UHGV virus genome: UHGV-0020642
DNA: 62,536 nucleotides
Strand: one strand, 5' to 3'
From: a virus
This document shows, piece after piece, positions 1 through 10,634 of this stretch. The notes under the pieces are model-generated. The model saw only the letters and a list, made by a program, of their open reading frames with translations. It was not told the origin of the DNA and made no database searches. Every line of letters starts with the position of its first letter. Position 1 is the first letter of the stretch. A program made the translations under genes and the position numbers.

Positions 1-251
1 AAGTCTTCCTCCTTTCCTATAATCGTAACACTTTGGTTGATTTTTACCGATTTATCGGTGTATCCCATCATTTGATTAAGCTCTTTCACTGCGTCTTTTA
101 TTGCTGTAACACGAGTCAACGTCAAAAACGAGCTCTTTCCCTCGTTGCGTGCGTTTTCCACCTCTTCCATCGCTGTGTCTATTAAAAATTTTAGAGAATT
201 GACAGAGTCTCGGAACTGCCATTGTAACTGCCTTTCCGTCTGTCTCACCAT
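1..251 (-). CDS. hypothetical protein, 3' end runs off the window (partial)
   Basis: Minus-strand reading frame stays open from an ATG at 251..249 to the window edge. Translation MVRQTERQLQWQFRDSVNSLKF... The true start could lie further upstream at a TTG. Not in the ORF track because it is truncated. Confidence 0.25.
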   Translation of the reverse strand, partial: MVRQTERQLQWQFRDSVNSLKFLIDTAMEEVENARNEGKSSFLTLTRVTAIKDAVKELNQMMGYTDKSVKINQSVTIIGKEED

Positions 252-729
252 CCGTTCCCTTAATAATCCTAGTAAATCAGCGACGTCAGGACGTCGTTTC
301 AAGTCTCTACATCTTGTTTCAATATATTCTTTAGATAGATTCGTACAGTCGTAAGATTGTTTATATGCTATTATATTATTATTATATTTAATTATGTTTA
401 TTATAAATTTTAACTCATTTTCGCCAATATTCTTATATTTTTCCCCGGCCCCTTCTAAATTTAATAGCTTTGGCAACCATTCCTCATCCACACTAACTAA
501 TCCATCTGTATCCAAATTCCTATTCTGTCCAGGTGCTGTTTTTGCATATACTTTTCCGTCTTCTTTTGTTATAGATGATAAAGTTGTGGCTTTTCTTATA
601 TTATCTAGATTGGTATTATCATTTATTAGTTCAGATTTTACTATTTCAGTCTGAACTTGTTCATTTTCTTTTTCCGCCCCACCTAAAATTTTTTCAGATG
701 TTTTTGAATGTTCCACTTCTTTTTTCTTT

Positions 730-1032
730 CTAGCCATTATTAACACCGCCTTTTTGCATTTGTTCATATTTTTTAATCATCTTTTGTTCAGATTCTTTAT
801 CTTTCTGTATAGCCTCATATAATGCAACACAAGCCTCTAATCTACTTTTCTTACTAAAAGAATAACATAATAAACTACCTATTTCTACTTCAGGAGATAA
901 TTTAATTCTACAGCTACATTCATATCTCCAATAATCATCATAAACACAATTTGTCGGAAAGAACTTTACTCTTAGTTCGCCATAATTTTTTATTATTGCT
1001 TCTTCTAAATCTGAAATAATATCAATTGCCAT
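730..1032 (-). CDS. hypothetical protein
   Basis: 100-aa ORF, tightly packed with neighbours on the same strand. Confidence 0.35.
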   Translation of the reverse strand: MAIDIISDLEEAIIKNYGELRVKFFPTNCVYDDYWRYECSCRIKLSPEVEIGSLLCYSFSKKSRLEACVALYEAIQKDKESEQKMIKKYEQMQKGGVNNG

Positions 1033-1213
1033 ATCTTTCTCCTCTACACATTCTCTCCATTACCTTTATAATATATTTGTCATGTAAATCTGATGAAATT
1101 TCTTGTTTTATTGCTTGTTCCATACTCAACTCTTTTAATTTAAACATAAAATAAGTTTGAATTATTATACATATTGTTATAAGAACAAGACATAAAGTTA
1201 TTATTAATTGCAT
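1022..1213 (-). CDS. hypothetical small membrane protein
   Basis: 63 aa with a hydrophobic N-terminal stretch LIITLCLVLITICIII. Confidence 0.3.
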   Translation of the reverse strand: MQLIITLCLVLITICIIIQTYFMFKLKELSMEQAIKQEISSDLHDKYIIKVMERMCRGERYGN

Positions 1214-1443
1214 TACATTCTCCTTATATATTCGTTTATTTTACTACATATATTATAACATAATTCTACGCCTTTTAGTGGCTTTTCTAAAGTTATTTTA
1301 CAATTAGTTAAACCATCATACTCATGGGCATATAGAACCCAATTTAATGCTTTTGTTTCACCCCTTAACCATAAAAATATTACAGCAATTACAAAAGGCA
1401 TATGAACATTATGTCCCTTATTAAATGTTATTTCTACTACCAT
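1213..1443 (-). CDS. hypothetical protein
   Basis: 76-aa ORF, stop/start abuts its neighbour. Confidence 0.3.
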   Translation of the reverse strand: MVVEITFNKGHNVHMPFVIAVIFLWLRGETKALNWVLYAHEYDGLTNCKITLEKPLKGVELCYNICSKINEYIRRM

Positions 1444-1576
1444 CGTAACCTCCCATTAATCTATATCTCCTATCTGCTTGTAAATAATTTTCGTAGTTTG
1501 GCGAGTCTTCCGGTGCATCTTCTGTGGCAAGCATAATACATTCTAAACTATCCAATATATGTTCAACAATATCCAC

Positions 1577-1798
1577 TTATAATTCCTCCCAAATTATATA
1601 AAGTAATAAAAATGGCGCTAATGCAATATTTTTCCAATTTATTTCTCTAACATACCACATAAACTTTCTATAATGAATACATTGTGCCGTTTTAACTACT
1701 GTGATAATTAATACTGACAAACATATAGCCAAGTATATTTGAACTATTTTAATTAATATTTCCATTATTAACCTCTTTCTTGAACTGTTCATATTCAA
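1577..1798 (-). CDS. hypothetical small membrane protein
   Basis: 73 aa with two hydrophobic segments. Confidence 0.25.
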   Translation of the reverse strand: MNMNSSRKRLIMEILIKIVQIYLAICLSVLIITVVKTAQCIHYRKFMWYVREINWKNIALAPFLLLYIIWEEL

Positions 1799-2078
1799 TT
1801 CTTAATTTTATTAAAGCCCTATCCCTTAATTTTATTTCTTGTTTAAGGTAGACTATATAATGTATCATATCTATAATATCTTTATCCATCAAATTAGCTG
1901 GCATTATTTTTTCTCAACTTAACATATCATCTATCGTATCACTTACTTTTTCCAATAAATCTCCAGTCTTTTCCGGAATATCGTCAAAAATAACTTTAGG
2001 TATTTTATCAAATAATAATTTTGATGTATCTTCAAACAATAATTTTCCAGTAAATTCAAGTATATCCATTATTCCTCC

Positions 2079-2555
2079 TTATAAAAAGCTTCGTAAATGG
2101 TCTAGAATCTGTCTCTCAAAAGGTTTCCGGTAATCAGATTCACTCCATAACCATATTGTTATTGCCCAAAAAGATAAATCATTAGCAATAGGTCTTAAGA
2201 ATTTATCAAAATACATAGTATCACTAACTGAAAAACATAATTTATTAAAATCCTCAATCTCTATGGGTAATTTTTGCCTTAACCTTTTATCTAATTGATT
2301 ATACTGCATTCTTTGACATCTGTGTAATACATCAAACATCTCATCAGATAATTTTCTTATGTCTTCATGTGTAAAATCAAGTTCGTGGTCTTGGTATTGT
2401 ATATATTTTCTTCCTTGCCTAATTACATTATTTGCAACATCTTGAAACAAATAAATATTTTGTTTTATCTTTAATATGTCGCCACTCTCTAAAATATCTA
2501 ATGCTTTACATATTTTATCCAATAAATTTGTTACATTTTTCTTTGCTGTTTTCAT
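2079..2555 (-). CDS. hypothetical protein
   Basis: 158-aa ORF with no recognisable motif. Confidence 0.4.
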   Translation of the reverse strand: MKTAKKNVTNLLDKICKALDILESGDILKIKQNIYLFQDVANNVIRQGRKYIQYQDHELDFTHEDIRKLSDEMFDVLHRCQRMQYNQLDKRLRQKLPIEIEDFNKLCFSVSDTMYFDKFLRPIANDLSFWAITIWLWSESDYRKPFERQILDHLRSFL

Positions 2556-2730
2556 CTTACCAATCCTTTAATAGTCCCATTAAAAAACCTGCAACTACAC
2601 AAATTAAACATTTAATCATTTTCTTCTCCTTCTGTTTCTTCTAAATCATCTGCACACATTCCCTGACCGTCAACTACTATCCATTTAGAACAGTAAAAAC
2701 ATCTTTCGGAATATTCTTCTTTGCATTCGC

Positions 2731-2997
2731 TCATTTTAAATACCTTTCCTCTGCTCTTAAGAGTTTATACCTTTTTATATATGCAATTCTTGAATCTTGA
2801 TTGACTATTGCTTTTAATTGTTCTAGCATTATTTCACAATCTGCGATTTCTTGTAATAAATCATCAGTAACAGGCTTTTCTCTTAATAGCTTACAGATTT
2901 CTTTTTGTAATTCCGAAAATTCTTCAATAGCTATCATAAGTTGATGCCTTTTTCCAAATTTATTTAATAAACCTTTATATACTTCACTTTTTAGCAT
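2731..2997 (-). CDS. MazG-like nucleotide pyrophosphohydrolase (all-alpha NTP-PPase)
   Basis: 88 aa with a paired acidic motif (IAIEEFSELQKE ... EIADCEIMLEQL) typical of the small MazG/HisE-like fold; such proteins are common in phages. Confidence 0.45.
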   Translation of the reverse strand: MLKSEVYKGLLNKFGKRHQLMIAIEEFSELQKEICKLLREKPVTDDLLQEIADCEIMLEQLKAIVNQDSRIAYIKRYKLLRAEERYLK

Positions 2998-3056
2998 TTT
3001 ACCGCCTGTTCATCTTTATTACAAATTGTTCAATTTAATTTTTGGTGTATTTATAC

Positions 3057-3548
3057 CTAAATTATTTTATTTGGGTTATCTTTGTCCATAACACGCATAA
3101 CCTTATAACCCATCTGCTCAAACATATTACAATTATCTAAATCATCATCAATAATTAATTTTATGTCAGCCATTGTTTGTAATTCTTCTATTGCTTGCTT
3201 TTTAAGTTCGTGAGGTGGTACACCTTCCATTTTAGAATTTCTAGTTATAAGCATAGCAATATTATCCAAACAAACTTTTCCTAAACTTAGGAATGTATAA
3301 GTTTCCGGACCTATCTTCCTTGCCCTTGCTGTCATAAGTATAATTTTAAAGCCTGCACGATTTAAGGCATTTAACATATCAAACATTACCTTATTTTTTG
3401 ACACATAATTAGAATTATTTGCATTTTCATTAAAATATTCTAATCTTTCATCTTCAGGCAACTCTTCTAAAATTTTATATAGCTTTGACACATCTAGCAA
3501 TACACCATCTATATCGCATACTATTACATTTTCATATAAATATTTCAA
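3057..3548 (-). CDS. HAD-superfamily phosphatase / 5'-nucleotidase-like
   Basis: N-terminal VIVCDIDGVLLD is the HAD motif I (DxDG/T); 163 aa. Confidence 0.5.
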   Translation of the reverse strand: MKYLYENVIVCDIDGVLLDVSKLYKILEELPEDERLEYFNENANNSNYVSKNKVMFDMLNALNRAGFKIILMTARARKIGPETYTFLSLGKVCLDNIAMLITRNSKMEGVPPHELKKQAIEELQTMADIKLIIDDDLDNCNMFEQMGYKVMRVMDKDNPNKII

Positions 3549-3765
3549 TTGTTACCGTTCCTCATTTCATTTATTGCTATAATAGACTTTGTGCAAATAT
3601 CCTCTATCATACGCAATTTAAAATCTACAATATCTTTCGTATTTAAGGGATTAAGCCTTATGTCTTTAGCAATACTTTCTATCTGTTTAAAAGTGTTAAT
3701 CATAATAAAAATCCTTATAATTCGCTGATTAACTATATTATAGCAAAATAAATTTAATTTTACAA

Positions 3766-4074
3766 TTATTTATAAAGCATTTGTTTTATTTCTTGTTCCA
3801 TTTCTAATTTCTTAGCAATCTCTTCTACTGATAAAATTAAAGCATGATGTCTTTTCCTATATAGTCGCATACTTATTTCCATATCATCTTTAAATTCTTT
3901 GAAATCTCTAAGTTGTGCATCATGTCGATTAATAGTTAAATCATAATCATAAAATTGTTGCATATCCGCCTTAATTAGATTTATTTTAGCAATACAATTA
4001 TAAATATCAGGAAATAAAAATTTACATAAAGCGGTTCTAATTTTATTTTTAATCTTCATAATCATCTTCCTCAT
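3766..4074 (-). CDS. hypothetical protein
   Basis: 102-aa ORF. Confidence 0.35.
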   Translation of the reverse strand: MRKMIMKIKNKIRTALCKFLFPDIYNCIAKINLIKADMQQFYDYDLTINRHDAQLRDFKEFKDDMEISMRLYRKRHHALILSVEEIAKKLEMEQEIKQMLYK

Positions 4075-4276
4075 CAGTTAAACTTAATTTTTCGTTACAA
4101 TTATCTATCATTTCCATTGATAAACATAGTAACATATCATAATCTCCAGAAGTAGCCTTCTTTCTATATTCTGCAATATCTGAAGGATTATATCCTACTT
4201 TTTTCATTGCATTTGAAACATACGCCATAACACAAAAAGCATTCCCATTTACACCTACTAAACTAAATACTTTCAT
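4049..4276 (-). CDS. hypothetical protein
   Basis: 75-aa ORF with an acidic C-terminus. Confidence 0.3.
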   Translation of the reverse strand: MKVFSLVGVNGNAFCVMAYVSNAMKKVGYNPSDIAEYRKKATSGDYDMLLCLSMEMIDNCNEKLSLTDEEDDYED

Positions 4277-4405
4277 CTTTTAACCTTTCTTCCAAATTAT
4301 TTGGACATTTACTACAATCTCTATTGGTATATTCATATACCGGGCACATTAAACATAATTCTCTTTGAACCATATTCATTATAATATGTATAGATATTTT
4401 TGATT

Positions 4406-4903
4406 CTAAAATATATTTATGCACAATTCAGATTCCTCAAATTTAACTTTAAATTCTTTTACGTGTAATTGCTTTAATTGATTTGAAAATAACTTAAATA
4501 CTTGTATATTCTTATGTAATACAGTTGGTTCTCCGCCACTTAACGCAATATCTCTTTTAAGAATTGATTCTTTTACTTTGTGTTGTTTTATTAAATTTTC
4601 ATCTGTTATATAAGGCATATATTCTTCAATCAATGCTTTATACGGCTTTGGACATTTTGTAGTATTCTTGTCTTTTAAATACGCATACACCAAACCTCTG
4701 TACCTACTCTTATTTTTTTTATTCATTTTTGAATCCGGAATATTTTCCGGATTAAACCAATTTTTAAGGATATCTCTCATTTTTTCAATTTTACAACGAG
4801 GTCCTTTTTTAATTTCTTGACCTATAGTTTTATTTTGCCTAAAAGCTCTTTCCATACTTGTTCCTGAAATATTTGTTACTCCGGGTATCATTATTCCTGA
4901 CAT
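4406..4903 (-). CDS. hypothetical protein
   Basis: 165-aa basic protein with no clear motif. Confidence 0.35.
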   Translation of the reverse strand: MSGIMIPGVTNISGTSMERAFRQNKTIGQEIKKGPRCKIEKMRDILKNWFNPENIPDSKMNKKNKSRYRGLVYAYLKDKNTTKCPKPYKALIEEYMPYITDENLIKQHKVKESILKRDIALSGGEPTVLHKNIQVFKLFSNQLKQLHVKEFKVKFEESELCINIF

Positions 4904-4913
4904 TTTTGTTCTC

Positions 4914-5210
4914 CTATAATCTTATTCGTATGCCTACACTCTTATTTAATTTATCTATCAATTTATAACATACTTTTATTAGAGCTTTCTTTTGTTTTGT
5001 TGTACCTTGAACCATAACTTGTTCTGCTAATTTCTCTATACCCACTTTATTGAAGTTGAAATCGTACTCTATTTCTTCAATATTTTGTTCAACTTCATCT
5101 TTAGCACAATCTTCACATAATCTAGGAAATCCAGGTGTATCTCCGTCAATAATACCTCCACATCTTTCACATAATGTTCCATCTAACATCATTTCTGCAA
5201 CTTCGCCCAT
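4914..5210 (-). CDS. zinc-ribbon protein
   Basis: CERCGG...CEDC gives a CxxC...CxxC pair. Confidence 0.35.
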   Translation of the reverse strand: MGEVAEMMLDGTLCERCGGIIDGDTPGFPRLCEDCAKDEVEQNIEEIEYDFNFNKVGIEKLAEQVMVQGTTKQKKALIKVCYKLIDKLNKSVGIRIRL

Positions 5211-5575
5211 TCAGCAACCTCCCAAATTTTTTCAATTTCTTCAACATTAGACCATTTACTAAAACTCTTAGATTGGCACAATACACTCTTTTCATTGATA
5301 TGTACATCTAACTCAGGAAGTTCTTTTACATTTTCAGTAGTACAAGCCATTAATAGTGGAATAGATTTATCTTCAGGTCTATATAAATAATCTGCTTTTC
5401 CTACAAAGTTACCAGGATTAATAAAAATATCTTCTAATATTAAATTATTTAATTCTATACAAAATTTACTATATAGTCTTAGATATTTCGGTGCCAAATT
5501 TCTTGACACCGCCACAGTTCCTAAAGATATTTCAACAGTACCTTCGTCTAATATACTTATTTTATCTTCAGCCAT
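5189..5575 (-). CDS. hypothetical protein
   Basis: 128-aa ORF. Confidence 0.35.
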   Translation of the reverse strand: MAEDKISILDEGTVEISLGTVAVSRNLAPKYLRLYSKFCIELNNLILEDIFINPGNFVGKADYLYRPEDKSIPLLMACTTENVKELPELDVHINEKSVLCQSKSFSKWSNVEEIEKIWEVAEWAKLQK

Positions 5576-5838
5576 TATATGTCTCCTTTTTTAATCATCA
5601 TGCCCACCAAACCTTTTGGGCTTATATTTTCCATAAAACTTACAGAAATCATATCACGTAAAACAGAAATTGGTATTTCTTTAATACCCTTATTTTCGTA
5701 TTCTTGCATAAGTTTCATCAATTTATTTTGAAACTCCATAGCTGTTCCAACCATCATGCCTATTTGTAAATCTGTAATTCCATTTTTTTTGTCTTCAGTT
5801 TTAAACATTTCATTTCTCCTTCTAATAAAATAATTCAT
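5575..5838 (-). CDS. hypothetical protein
   Basis: 87-aa ORF. Confidence 0.3.
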   Translation of the reverse strand: MNYFIRRRNEMFKTEDKKNGITDLQIGMMVGTAMEFQNKLMKLMQEYENKGIKEIPISVLRDMISVSFMENISPKGLVGMMIKKGDI

Positions 5839-5948
5839 TTATAATGTCTGCTGGGTCTAAATCTGTATTATCCTCTACAAATTCAAATACCTCAACTTGG
5901 TCTGCACCATTGTCAATTAACTCTTGACATTCTTCAATACATTCTTCT

Positions 5949-6131
5949 CTAGTCATTTTTCACCACCTTAACTGTAAAATAATTAGCATTCTTTAATTCT
6001 ATGACATATACATCATAATCAGGTCTTTCATAAATTCTTTTCATACCAACATAATCTGTAAAATGTCTAAATCTTAATAATTGTAAATGATTAATACATT
6101 TATTATTAAATTTTAATATCTGTTTAATCAT
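5949..6131 (-). CDS. hypothetical protein
   Basis: 60-aa ORF. Confidence 0.25.
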   Translation of the reverse strand: MIKQILKFNNKCINHLQLLRFRHFTDYVGMKRIYERPDYDVYVIELKNANYFTVKVVKND

Positions 6132-6417
6132 CTAGTCCTCCTAAATCCAAACCTAAATCAAATATCTTGGTTCCATTTTCATATATTTCACAAATGGCAT
6201 CTGTATAATCTGAAACATCATAATTAGAATCGTATTCCTGCATAAATTTTTCAAAATTTGTAATTCCTTCATCTTCAAATAAATAAGAATCTTGAATATT
6301 AAAATTTTTTATAAGATGTGCCAATAAACTATCTCTAGTTCCAGTATGCCAATATTCACGCAATCTGCCATCTTTATCTCTGTCCCTGCCTATCCACATT
6401 GTAACTAAATATTTCAT
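6124..6417 (-). CDS. hypothetical protein
   Basis: 97-aa acidic ORF. Confidence 0.35.
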   Translation of the reverse strand: MKYLVTMWIGRDRDKDGRLREYWHTGTRDSLLAHLIKNFNIQDSYLFEDEGITNFEKFMQEYDSNYDVSDYTDAICEIYENGTKIFDLGLDLGGLDD

Positions 6418-6526
6418 TTAATTCTCCTTTGTTTGTTTGCTGTACTGTTTACATTATTTATACTAAAATAATGGCCTGATAATAATAGTATTTCAGCAAA
6501 ACAATTTACGAACCTTAAACTTCTTT

Positions 6527-6856
6527 CTAATTATTTTTATCTAGCTCTTCGAAACACTTTAAAATAAAATCTAATATTTTATCTAAATATACATATTTAC
6601 ATTTTATTTCTGCTTCTTTTGCCGAGATTATTGGCTTTTCCACGTCCTGCGAAAAACTTAAATGAACGTAATCATTATTTAACCATAAGTCAAATATACC
6701 TACACACTTATAATCCAATGTATAGACATAAATCATACGTTGGTTATTTGTGTGGTCTACTGCCACTATTGTAAAATCAAAAGTGTCTGCTTCACTATTT
6801 ATTTTATGATTTATTAAACTTTTAAATTGATTATGCTTCATTTGTGCCTCCTTCAT
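6527..6856 (-). CDS. hypothetical protein
   Basis: 109-aa ORF. Confidence 0.35.
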   Translation of the reverse strand: MKEAQMKHNQFKSLINHKINSEADTFDFTIVAVDHTNNQRMIYVYTLDYKCVGIFDLWLNNDYVHLSFSQDVEKPIISAKEAEIKCKYVYLDKILDFILKCFEELDKNN

Positions 6857-7400
6857 AATAGTGGGATTTAAAATAATCTAATTTCATAATTTTCTGTTTC
6901 TTATTTTCAAAATCATAAAAAATTATAGGAAATTTTCTACTAGATATTTCTATCCCATCCCATCTAATTTTAACACCTTTTAATGCTTTGTTTTCGTATA
7001 TTGTACCTATTTTAGAACTATCAAGCCCTAACTTTTTACATTTTTCCAATTCTTTATATTTAAGTTTTTCTCTCTCTTGTGCTTGTTCCTCCTCAGTCAA
7101 TTGTTGTCTAACAATTGAGCCAAAAACTCCCTTACGCCAGTCATAATAATAGCACCAACCGTCTCTCTTGTAATTGCCAAATTCAATAGTTCTTCCTTTT
7201 ATTCTATACTCAAGAGGACAGTCAAACATCCAAGCCCTAACGATATCAGTAAATGGTTTGATGGAAGATTTATTAGAATAATTTTCATATTTGTGCTTTA
7301 AACAACTCCAGAATAACGAATCCTGTCTTATAAATTCACTATACTTCTTCCTTTTATCAACTTTCTGCTCTTCAGTTAAATTACAAATATCTACAGCCAT
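6831..7400 (-). CDS. hypothetical protein
   Basis: 189-aa ORF. Confidence 0.4.
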   Translation of the reverse strand: MAVDICNLTEEQKVDKRKKYSEFIRQDSLFWSCLKHKYENYSNKSSIKPFTDIVRAWMFDCPLEYRIKGRTIEFGNYKRDGWCYYYDWRKGVFGSIVRQQLTEEEQAQEREKLKYKELEKCKKLGLDSSKIGTIYENKALKGVKIRWDGIEISSRKFPIIFYDFENKKQKIMKLDYFKSHYYEGGTNEA

Positions 7401-7603
7401 TACTTCTCCTCCTTCATTTCGCCTGCTCTGTTTTTACCACACGCACGACAATGAAAGGAAAGTAATACTTTTGTAAAATAATAGTTGTCGGCATATCCTG
7501 TAAATTTTTGAACATTTCCACAATGCTCACAATAAATAGTACCAAATATATCATTACCTAATTGACTTGTAATTTCTTTAATCTGCATTATCACGTTCCT
7601 CAC
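7400..7603 (-). CDS. zinc-ribbon protein
   Basis: CEHCGN ... CRACGK. Confidence 0.35.
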   Translation of the reverse strand: MRNVIMQIKEITSQLGNDIFGTIYCEHCGNVQKFTGYADNYYFTKVLLSFHCRACGKNRAGEMKEEK

Positions 7604-8942
7604 AAAATTCTAATACTTGTTGCACAGTCATTTCTTCCTTTGAATCCTTATGCCTAAAACATAAAAATACAGGAAATCTCAAACTAGGTTTGCCATCCGC
7701 ATCTTTTGTCTCTTCAAAATACTGTACCTTTACATCAAAAGCTACTGAAAATCTATTACTTAGAAATAGTTCTCTGTTCTCCCATATTAAATCTCTATCA
7801 AAATCACTGAATCCTGAACCTACGCCTACTAAATTACCTTTATATCTAATATACATAGTTCCTAATCTATTTTCATTCCTGCCTGTACCAATTTGTAAGC
7901 CTTCCAAAGTAAACTCAGAATCTTTCATAGCTTTAATTTTCAATAAATTTTTAGTACGTTTGAATTCATAAGTTGCTATGGCATTTCTATACATTAAACC
8001 TTCCCAGCCATACAAATTTCTTAAATAATCTAACATACTTTTATCTTCTTCTTGTCTTGCTATTAAAATATTAGGATATTTTGTTTCTAATACAGAATAT
8101 CCAAATTTTTCCGAATCTCTAGCTTCTAATTGTAAACATAATGACTCATACACTAGAAAGAAAGGCAATTTACATTTTTTATCTTTAAACTGTTCTGTAC
8201 GCATACTATCAAAAATTACATAATATAAATTATCACATTCTAAAGTGCTTTCATCACTAGCTGTCAATGAAATGCCTTTTTGAAAATCTTCATTACCATC
8301 CTTATCGAAATATAGTATTTCCCCATCAAAAGTAATATCTTTATATTCGTTTTCTAACTGGTCTAAAATATGTTGAATAGGCGCTACTTTACAAGGTTTG
8401 TTAGAGCGAGAATATGCAACACCATCCATAACATACATTCTTTTTCCATCAAATTTTCGACTATACAAACCTCGTTCAAAATCTACACCAGCATAATTTT
8501 CAGCTAACTGTACCTGAGGTTTATCTAAAAATATACCACAAGCTGTTTGGAGTTTAGCTATGCCAATATTAAGCCGTAAGTCTTTAAATAATACCATACA
8601 TAAAAATGACTGAATATCTTTATCAACAAAATCTGTAATAAAAAATTTAACATTCTTAACCTCACCGTCAGTTACCGCTCTTTTTTCAACTAATTTATCT
8701 AAAATTTGTGTGAATTTAATCCAGTCATCAACAGTAAATTCTTGTTTCCTTTTCCTAGGAATTAGACCTTTATGTAATTGTATTCTTTCATATTTACCCT
8801 CATCAATTTTATATGTTCTATCTGGGTCATATGTATATAGTAACACCTCACGCAACATATCATCACATACGGATTTAAGATAATCTAATTGAGCATTACC
8901 GGATAATTCCCTTAACTTATTTAATTTTTCTAAAAGTTGCAC
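7578..8942 (-). CDS. ATP-dependent DNA ligase
   Basis: SRKFDGKRMYV matches the ligase adenylation motif I (KxDGxR); 454 aa, inside the replication module. Confidence 0.7.
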   Translation of the reverse strand: MQLLEKLNKLRELSGNAQLDYLKSVCDDMLREVLLYTYDPDRTYKIDEGKYERIQLHKGLIPRKRKQEFTVDDWIKFTQILDKLVEKRAVTDGEVKNVKFFITDFVDKDIQSFLCMVLFKDLRLNIGIAKLQTACGIFLDKPQVQLAENYAGVDFERGLYSRKFDGKRMYVMDGVAYSRSNKPCKVAPIQHILDQLENEYKDITFDGEILYFDKDGNEDFQKGISLTASDESTLECDNLYYVIFDSMRTEQFKDKKCKLPFFLVYESLCLQLEARDSEKFGYSVLETKYPNILIARQEEDKSMLDYLRNLYGWEGLMYRNAIATYEFKRTKNLLKIKAMKDSEFTLEGLQIGTGRNENRLGTMYIRYKGNLVGVGSGFSDFDRDLIWENRELFLSNRFSVAFDVKVQYFEETKDADGKPSLRFPVFLCFRHKDSKEEMTVQQVLEFCEERDNAD

Positions 8943-9035
8943 AATAATCTCCTTAACTTTACCTTCCTAAAAAGAAAAGGGCGGAATTAAATGCAAACAA
9001 ACAAAACTGTCCGCCCTAAATAGCATATTATGCAA

Positions 9036-9551
9036 TTAGCATAATTTTTTAATTACTTGTTCTCGTTCTTCAATAGTCATCTTTTTCAAATTTTTGACAA
9101 CTCTTATTTCATTTTCTAAAATTTCTTTTGAATTTTGTAATTCTATATCTTTCATAAAACAATGTTGTTCTAATGAAGCCACTGCAACTTTGGCATATCT
9201 AGACTGTAAGTAAGATGAAATAATGTCTAGCTCGTCATCGTCAAACGTATGTTCAACTAATTCGCATTCTTCTTCAGGTACGTGAACAGTAAAACCAACA
9301 CGCAACATATCATTTAATTCTTCAAACTGTGTAAATTTTACAGGATTAGGTACTCTGTATTTTTCAGCCCATTTAAGGTTTTCATCAACAGACATATCAA
9401 TTAAACCAAGTCTTGCTAATCTACATTTACAAGCAAACCAAGTTCTTTCCAATTCTTTACCCATTTCATAGAATGTTTTGTGGCTATAAAATAGTCTCTT
9501 CAAAGCCTTATCTTCTTCATTTGTCCATTGGTTTCCGTGTCTTTTTTCCAT
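9036..9551 (-). CDS. hypothetical protein
   Basis: 171-aa ORF. Confidence 0.4.
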   Translation of the reverse strand: MEKRHGNQWTNEEDKALKRLFYSHKTFYEMGKELERTWFACKCRLARLGLIDMSVDENLKWAEKYRVPNPVKFTQFEELNDMLRVGFTVHVPEEECELVEHTFDDDELDIISSYLQSRYAKVAVASLEQHCFMKDIELQNSKEILENEIRVVKNLKKMTIEEREQVIKKLC

Positions 9552-9742
9552 TACAATTCTCCTTCTAATTTTAATACTAAACTTTTTAAGTGCTTAATTC
9601 TACTCTTGTCAAAAATAATACGTTCACCGTTGATATTAACAACTGCGAAATCAACAGATGGACTATAATCTAATTTTGCTTCAAATAAAATAATTTTTAA
9701 ATAGCTTGAAATAACTCTGCTTTCTTCTAATTCTAATTGCAT
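9551..9742 (-). CDS. hypothetical protein
   Basis: 63-aa ORF. Confidence 0.3.
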   Translation of the reverse strand: MQLELEESRVISSYLKIILFEAKLDYSPSVDFAVVNINGERIIFDKSRIKHLKSLVLKLEGEL

Positions 9743-9870
9743 TTGTTCTCCTTTTAATTCGTTTGCATTATAGTTTACTACTATTATTATTTTACAACAA
9801 ATTAATAATTTTAACTGACTTTATAGTAATTATTTTACGATAATACACCATCTATCTAGGCTTTATAGAT

Positions 9871-9900
9871 AATAAAAAAAGAGGACATTTCTGCCCTCAC
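9871..9900 (-). terminator. rho-independent terminator candidate (minus strand)
   Basis: Minus-strand RNA reads GAGGG-CAGAAAUG-UCCUC followed by UUUUUUU, directly downstream of the 9918..10634 gene. Confidence 0.5.
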
Positions 9901-9917
9901 AACTAAATATTTAGATT

Positions 9918-10634
9918 TTATTTTTCAGTTTCTTTTTCATTATCAGCTTTAATTCCAAGAACTTCTCTCTTGTAAGCTAATGTGTTCTTACCGTCAATTT
10001 TTCCAGTTCCTCTTTTTGCACCACCTGGATGTACTTTTGGTTTATAATTCTTTTCATAAACAATAACGGCATCAATAATTGCGTAAATATCAGCAATATT
10101 TGAAGAATTATTAAATCTATAAACATGGTCAAGTGTATAGAAGTGAGTAGGTGGTACTGTCTTACCTAATTCATAAAGTTGTTTATTACCAATAATAGCT
10201 TCACTTCTAACAACTACTTTGACACCTTTAAGACGTTTGCCCCACCAAACTTCCATAATATTTCTTTTAAAACCTTCAAGTCTTACCCTTGTATATGAGC
10301 AAGTCTTTTTGGTCAAACAACCATTTTTCTCTAAATAAGAAATAATTTTTGTAGCTAACTTTAAACAATCTTCTTTAGGTGGTTCATCTCCATTTGGCTT
10401 ATTTGGGTTTGATACCATTTTGTTTAATTTGTCAACTCTCTCTGCTTGTTCGTTCTCTACTTGCACATCTGCTTCTTCAATAATACCACAAGGTTTGTAC
10501 CATCTTTTTAAATTAGACATCTTAATTGTTTTTTCCTGTCCATCAATGTTTAATACAACCTCTGTTTCTGATTTTGAAACTACTGTACCAATTTTCCCGT
10601 TTCTTAAGGATTCGTATCTTTCAATTTCTGCCAT
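9918..10634 (-). CDS. hypothetical protein
   Basis: 238-aa ORF; ATG preceded by an AAAGGAGA RBS and by the conserved promoter-like motif. Confidence 0.45.
   Translation of the reverse strand: MAEIERYESLRNGKIGTVVSKSETEVVLNIDGQEKTIKMSNLKRWYKPCGIIEEADVQVENEQAERVDKLNKMVSNPNKPNGDEPPKEDCLKLATKIISYLEKNGCLTKKTCSYTRVRLEGFKRNIMEVWWGKRLKGVKVVVRSEAIIGNKQLYELGKTVPPTHFYTLDHVYRFNNSSNIADIYAIIDAVIVYEKNYKPKVHPGGAKRGTGKIDGKNTLAYKREVLGIKADNEKETEK

Noticed and set aside
145-654. Plus-strand ORFs 145..354 and 394..654
   Set aside because: Low-complexity translations antisense to a minus-strand ORF. All flanking genes are on the minus strand.
4277-4405. Possible tRNA genes in intergenic gaps (4277-4405, 9743-9917, 33862-33955, 59732-60240)
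   Set aside because: By eye none shows a cloverleaf; a dedicated tRNA-finder run would be needed to be sure.
4406-4903. Radical-SAM / NrdG-like activase assignment (a GGEP string)
   Set aside because: GGEP alone is insufficient, and there is no CxxxCxxC cluster.
5189-5575. dUTPase assignment for the 128-aa ORF
   Set aside because: Considered because of its size and position, but I could not find the conserved dUTPase motifs (e.g. GxxD/RSG). Left as hypothetical.
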